Origin: an uncultured cyanobacterium
GTDB taxonomy: Bacteria > Cyanobacteriota > Cyanobacteriia > Pseudanabaenales > Pseudanabaenaceae
Direction: 5' to 3'
Assembly (NCBI GenBank): GCA_963703315.1
Contig: OY969811.1
Coordinates: 4,128,001 to 4,192,000 of the forward strand
DNA: 64,000 bases
The notes under the pieces were generated by a model that had not been told where the DNA came from, ran no database searches, and was given only the letters and a program-made list of their open reading frames with translations. Positions within the stretch are counted from its first letter, which is position 1, and every line of letters starts with the position of its first letter. Positions 60,701 to 64,000 of this stretch are shown here, piece after piece. The translations under genes were made by a program, and so were the position numbers.

Positions 60701-61140
60701 TTTACTATCTCAATATTGGTTTAAATTATGCAGAGAGCTTAAGGATCTGTGACCCTGTGCCTACTAATACCAGCTATATCGCCAATGCTTTTAATGGCTC
60801 TACACCTACCGATGGTGGGTTGCCTGCGGATTTGGGTATTGCTTTACAAACAGGTACAACTGTAGCCGATCGCCGATTCCTCACGGGGATAAATGATGGC
60901 GATCGCGGTCGATATTACGATCCTCTATTGAGTGAAGTACCCGCAGGATTACCTCCAGAGCGCTGTGTTGATCCGAACAATACATCGGTGGCGATCTCTA
61001 GCAATCCCAATGGCATCGTGGCAGTTAATGTCACACGTACTACAGGTACGCCAACTTTTCCCTCGGTTCCCAATGCCACAGGTGCAGGTGTTCCACCTAG
61101 TTCCTATGGATTTGTGAGATTTAGAGTACGAGTACGTTAG
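54757..61140 (+). CDS. Giant secreted adhesin-like protein: 13 disulfide-containing DUF11-like repeats plus a distinct terminal domain; start may be 54841
   Basis: Signal cleavage PAYA/AAA; repeats K.F..G..T.TITN..D.LP..C..C...V..NTIP; last domain LVKRIT..YTIYYLN..ICDPVP..YGFVRFRVRVR-stop. Confidence 0.8.
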   Translation: MSDRLCQRNHHHKHHHKHPQYNLESRTYMKSNVKAIVQSILRLGRRIQRSFILIGQPLGQIFPNRQYRLSAVLFGLSFLMALGFSLTNQPNPAYAAAAVSKVFAPNVVNPGEKSRATITITNNNNFDLTNAGITDAMPSAIKIYNPASATTTCGAGIVTATPGGSTVTLSSGTVPATVGATTGTCTISFDVYSNASGTTQNSNIPAGSLTNTQNDTNGNLDVTLTIRPITYSSVTGSKSFAPASFAATGSSTATITLTNPNAVAMDGATLIDDLNLVGAGLTVQGSPSSTCLGTNGTVSNTATTVTLNNGRIPANSSCTITFSVTGTIPATYTNRIPANALSTFQGATNNAQFEQNVTITEPVSLAKSFSVSPIKQGDISRATVTITNNSTSQLTNLTVPDNLASPGSGLLYRSDLAPSTTCTGGSVAVTGASGTAATITLQNATLNAGASCAFSFDVTSNSLGNRTNTVLATAVNNNLALRPVNNGTATLVVNPLLTINKSYSATVPSSNTTVSVGETTNLFIDITNPPTSNVDPVNITSMTDAFNTSGRVVLVTTGVGAGTSSCGGTITGTSSNAFTFSGGAIARGATCRLTIPIRGSTSGSTTNDIPANNITSTQGVSNVASNTPTITVNSPFTVQKVYGTPAPRQGDPTLLTITLRNRSTLPATNVSLTDTLDSRLRIVSPATPGLITTGVVTAPATTCGGILTAPLNTGGPTISLTGGTIPAGTASTPTSCTITFYVQTDVLPVDATVPPLATAGTYRNTIPLATTTADYGSGPSPAVVESANSNRADLTPTGALDISNKQVANSPYTTFVGNVTTNINTPIAVRITLRNRSANLNLAGLNLTDSFPTAANGGGFVLYRPGAAPFEPSTTCNYLSTPVFTGTNGGTSLAMASGGLQSAASIGGNRTCTITFYVIATQEGGTTGTAYNNTLPIGSVKATNTSVVTGQADNIYSTDTAPDTASATANSPLTIGKAFSVASTSINTNATATITLTNNYAAIAVAPNANSLTNLGFTDTLPANLRAVAGTTGGTCVTARGGTADIIKDVALNQDRVTLTGTTLPQGQSCTVTFTVTSSNVAAFTNTINRSTEVTNAQSLPAQANATANISFIAGLSVTKTFDNLASQTILAGQTSVLRIAINNTSGQNLAAVSLDDNLPANVLIASPANASATAACGSPTLTADPNTNLVRITNASINNTQTCTVAVTVISSVTSTGYVNTIPANAVNTGVGVTNTSPATATLIVTSPLSITKSFNSSTIGGNGTSTVTLTIANRFPGVVDFTSTPVGLTDTWAAANIQIANPPNASTTCAGGTVNAIAGQKTVTLSGGQILAGSVTTPSTCLVQFDVVATAATPTPFTNTIPANNLSTVQGFTNSTAATANLTITSYNLIVGKSFNPSTVDGGTPTVLKIDIENPSTGIPLTNLRFVDNMPAGMIVYSVPNPIVSANCPGGVVSATPGAGSFSFSGGSLAPNQTCTITLNVTSVQQGTLTNSIPPSNFGTNQGILTKEGIGYPSTVAANFSVLPSAEFSKEFDLPSIPPGGVSTLKISVANTAISVNLTGMNFQDNLPTGLIVAPIPNIQNNGCNGTITANAGSSLIQLAGGSLLASSSCSIQVDVTAASSGIYNNTIPSGNLQTTQNITNKQPATTLFPVQPQPNIAKIFNPSTSPVGGTSQMTITITNPHTAGLVNVNLDDNLPANLVIAPTAGATTTCGGSLTAVSNTSLVRLTNGSITANNSCTIQVNVTSGVGGSYTNTIPARALTSSVVNGANPPIPGPSNANPASATLVFGTTSISKSFAPTTISQNGISTLTLQLNNNTGVTLTLTSALVDTLPSNVLVAATPNIGGTCTTANVVANANGNTITYNNGSTIPNGGCTISVQVTSATNGVYVNTIPANGLQTTGGNNPSSATASLTVQGGAPNVVLVKRITRINGNDFNVYENDPLTTNDDNTNNWPTPLSDSLRGVISQTNVRPQDEVEYTIYYLNIGLNYAESLRICDPVPTNTSYIANAFNGSTPTDGGLPADLGIALQTGTTVADRRFLTGINDGDRGRYYDPLLSEVPAGLPPERCVDPNNTSVAISSNPNGIVAVNVTRTTGTPTFPSVPNATGAGVPPSSYGFVRFRVRVR

Positions 61141-61162
61141 TCTAGGTCGGCTCTATGACAAG

Positions 61163-61207
61163 AAAAAGCCCACCATAATAATTAATTATGGTGGGCTTTT
61201 TCTTTTT
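61163..61207 (+). terminator. Intrinsic terminator closing the DUF11 operon
   Basis: aaaaagcccaccataat-aatta-attatggtgggcttttt followed by cttttt. Confidence 0.8.
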
Positions 61208-61573
61208 GATAAATAACGACAAGTCGTTGATTATCCTTGACGAGCTTTGAACTTTGGGTTTGTCTTACAAATGACATATATTCTGCCGCGACGACGTACA
61301 ACTTTGCAGTCTTTATGGCGAGTTTTTGCCGATCTGAGGGAGCTAACAACTTTCATGGATTAATCCCTAACGCTTACTTATGCTAAAAATTTTCACACGG
61401 CTTTTAATTCTAACATGATTATTGACCAGACATTAAAGCCAATTTAAAGATAGCGCTTAGCACTATCTTTAGATTGGCTTTTAAATTGGCTTTAATGGTT
61501 GTGTTTAGCCAATCCAATGCTATGCTTGCAAGCATAAATTTGCCCAATCCCAATAATCAATTTTATTTCTGTA

Positions 61574-62677
61574 ATGCTGCACCCAACCGCCATTCCTTAC
61601 TTGGTCGCCTTTGCAGTATCTGCGATCGTGGTGTGGCTAAGTACACCGATTATTCGTTATTTTGGACTGAAAGCAGGATTAGTAGACAAGCCCAATGGTC
61701 GCAAGATGCATACAACGCCTGTGGTGCGTGTTGGTGGCGTAGCAATTTTTTTGGGTAGCGTCAGTGCTTTATTACTGGTCTGGGCGGGAGGATACTTTGG
61801 GATTTTACCGCCAACTAGAGAATATGAGGTTTGGGGCGTAACCATTGGCGGAGCAGCTTTCTTCTTAATCGGATTTGCCGACGATCTTTTCAACTTACCA
61901 CCATTACCCCGCTTAATCGCTCAATTAGCAGTATCTGCTGCCGCTTGGCGCGTTGGTGTCAGAATTGACTTTATCTCAGTACCATTTATCGGCATCATCA
62001 AATTTGGTTGGTTTAGTTTACCGATTACGATGGTATGGCTATCGGGCATGGCAAATGCCATTAACTGGCTGGATGGACTGGATGGACTCGCAGCAGGGGT
62101 AACCACGATCGCTGCTGCCGTCATTTTAGTTACCAGCCTATTTATGAAGCAACCCGCCGCCGCCCTGATTGCTGCGGCTCTAGCGGGTGGATGTCTAGGG
62201 TTTCTCCGCTATAACTTCAAGCCTAAGAGTTCTGCCGAAATCTTTATGGGTGATGGTGGGGCGTACTTTTTGGGATTTACCCTTGCAGGGGTGAGTGTAA
62301 TCGGACTAGTCAAAGCCGTTGCAACTGTTGCCCTGATTATGCCTTACTTAATTTTGGCAGTGCCGATTGTGGATGCGACGGCGGTAATTTTGCAGCGTCT
62401 GGGTAGAGGTGAATCGCCCATGACGGCGGGTAAACACCATTTACACCATCGTCTAGTCCAAGCAGGTGTCTCCAAACGCCTCACGGTTTTGTTTATCTAT
62501 GCTTTGACTCTATGGGTGGGTAGTATTGCGATGGCAGTGTCAGGAATGCCTGCGGGGGGGACTTACGCTGCCATCAGTACATTATTGATGGGTTACGCTT
62601 GTTTTAAAGTCTGGCAACGCATTAGAGCTAAGGAATTGCGATCGCAAAAAGAGCAGTCCTCTCATCTGAGTGAATAA
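61574..62677 (+). CDS. MraY/WecA-family undecaprenyl-phosphate GlcNAc-1-phosphate transferase
   Basis: VDKPNGRKMH..P..GGVAI, GFADD, NAINWLDGLDGLA, IFMGDGG, HLHHRL. Confidence 0.92.
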   Translation: MLHPTAIPYLVAFAVSAIVVWLSTPIIRYFGLKAGLVDKPNGRKMHTTPVVRVGGVAIFLGSVSALLLVWAGGYFGILPPTREYEVWGVTIGGAAFFLIGFADDLFNLPPLPRLIAQLAVSAAAWRVGVRIDFISVPFIGIIKFGWFSLPITMVWLSGMANAINWLDGLDGLAAGVTTIAAAVILVTSLFMKQPAAALIAAALAGGCLGFLRYNFKPKSSAEIFMGDGGAYFLGFTLAGVSVIGLVKAVATVALIMPYLILAVPIVDATAVILQRLGRGESPMTAGKHHLHHRLVQAGVSKRLTVLFIYALTLWVGSIAMAVSGMPAGGTYAAISTLLMGYACFKVWQRIRAKELRSQKEQSSHLSE

Positions 62678-62945
62678 TACCAATTCACAAAAGTGTTGTC
62701 ACACTTTTGTGAATTAAAAATTAAATCTAGTAATGGTTTTAAAAGCTAAAAATGGTGTTGCCATTTTTAGCTTTTGTATAAAGGACAGTGCAAAACGCTG
62801 CCTTTTATTATAATTTCAGGAATAGCTGTACTCTGAATCTGTGATAAATTAGTGTACTGCAAACATTTTAGAAATATTTTTGGCAACGAGCAAAAGCCTC
62901 GCTCCTCAAAATGTTGCCCTAGACAGTCCCAATAAGTTTATTAAT

Positions 62946-63572
62946 ATGGCAGAAATCACTACCCAACAAATTCAAGAACTGCGTGCAAGAACTGGCGCAG
63001 GTATCAAAGACTGTAAAGCAGCACTCGTCGATTCTGAAGGCGATTTTACTAAGGCTACCGAATACCTTAGACAAAAAGGACTAGCTTCTGCTGTCAAAAA
63101 AGCAAGCCGTGCTGCCTCTGAAGGAATCGTCCATAGTTATATTCACTTTGGTAGCCGCATTGGTGTGCTAGTCGAAGTTAACTGCGAAACCGATTTTGTG
63201 GCACGTCGTGAAGAACTCAAAGAACTAGCTGACAGCGTAGCCAAGCAAATCGCCGCTTGCCCTAATGTGGAATATGTCAGTGTTGCTGATATTCCTGCCG
63301 CTTTTGTAGAAAATGAAAAGCAAATCGAAGCAGGTAAAGATGACTTAGCCAGCAAGCCTGCGGCTATTCGTGACAAGATCGTCCTTGGACGTATCGAAAA
63401 GCGTTTGAAAGAATTGTGCTTGCTCGATCAGCCTTACATTAAAGATCAAAGCATTACCGTTGATGAGTTGGTAAAACTAACTGGTACTAAGCTTAGTGAA
63501 AATGTTAAGGTTCGTCGCTTTGTGCGCTTTGTGGTCGGTGAAGAAGTTGCTTCTGAAACTCCCGCAGCATAG
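62946..63572 (+). CDS. tsf: Translation elongation factor Ts (short cyanobacterial form)
   Basis: ELRARTGAG..DCK.AL, LRQKGLASA.KK, LVEVNCETDFVAR, LLDQPYIKD, VRRFVRF; ATG 62946 preferred. Confidence 0.96.
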   Translation: MAEITTQQIQELRARTGAGIKDCKAALVDSEGDFTKATEYLRQKGLASAVKKASRAASEGIVHSYIHFGSRIGVLVEVNCETDFVARREELKELADSVAKQIAACPNVEYVSVADIPAAFVENEKQIEAGKDDLASKPAAIRDKIVLGRIEKRLKELCLLDQPYIKDQSITVDELVKLTGTKLSENVKVRRFVRFVVGEEVASETPAA

Positions 63573-63654
63573 TTTAGTTAAATAATATGGGTGGTGTAAA
63601 AAACCACCCATACTCATGTTTATACGGCAAGAACAAGAAATAGTGTGAACTCGG

Positions 63655-64000
63655 ATGCTGGTGCGTATTGATCAAGATATTCGCAATATTCAACAGGCGA
63701 TCGCTGATGTGATTAGTCGGATTGATGCCATTCATCTGGAGTACTCACAGGCGATCTCGATCGCTGTGCAGCAACAGATTTTGCTGACCGTATTTAAGTT
63801 CTGCACCCAAAAATGTCCTGATGCATTTCTGGCGCTATCCCTTTCAGAGCGTCAAAAACTGCAAGAAGCGCTGCGAAAAACGATCAAATTGCTCTGCGAT
63901 CAGATGCAAAAAAGCTTAGAAGAATGCGATCGCGACAGTCGCACCAATCAAGAAAATCTCGATAATCTGCTCAGTAAGCTCCTCAATGAAAGTATTGATC
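63655..64000 (+). CDS. Cyanobacterial hypothetical protein downstream of tsf, truncated by the window end
   Basis: Open frame MLVRIDQDIRNIQQAIADV..FCTQKCPDAFLALSLSERQKLQ running off the window; absent from the ORF track. Confidence 0.7.
   Translation, partial: MLVRIDQDIRNIQQAIADVISRIDAIHLEYSQAISIAVQQQILLTVFKFCTQKCPDAFLALSLSERQKLQEALRKTIKLLCDQMQKSLEECDRDSRTNQENLDNLLSKLLNESID

Noticed and set aside
1..64000. High frequency of GCGATCGC as a novel repeat
   Set aside because: This is the well-known cyanobacterial HIP1 octamer.

Overview
Chromosomal window of an oxygenic cyanobacterium. It carries many HIP1 octamers (GCGATCGC), ado/aar, rubA, ycf48, a fibrillin and a PucC-like gene; Pseudanabaena-like is an inference. 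Housekeeping genes are interleaved with four accessory blocks. (1) About 11.7-15.7 kb: a variable patch with an orphan HicB, AT-rich unknown genes and a membrane-anchored nuclease-like gene. (2) 19.5-27.4 kb: an NrtR-family regulator divergent from an operon of PP2C phosphatase, two ADP-ribosylglycohydrolases, a YegI-like kinase, a PD-(D/E)xK-like protein, a nicotinamidase and a vWA protein. This is a TerY-P-type triad merged with NAD/ADP-ribose enzymes, and two GT-N7-AC operators lie on a consensus sigma70 promoter. (3) 30-43 kb: an osmoadaptation block (sps, spp, amylosucrase, two MscS, an ion transporter, a two-component pair, a second SPS-like GT4). (4) 44.7-61.1 kb: a five-gene secreted DUF11/Ig-like operon with an outer-membrane barrel. 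The pattern of N-terminal donor strands and C-terminally truncated acceptor domains in block 4 suggests an isopeptide-crosslinked, donor-strand-complemented fibre (tip, shaft, chaperone, base, usher-like pore); this is the strongest candidate for an undescribed system. Many intergenic palindromes and MITE/REP-like elements are present, and some supply protein C-termini. No rRNA, tRNA, CRISPR array or intact transposase was recognised. All family calls come from motif recognition by eye, not from database searches.
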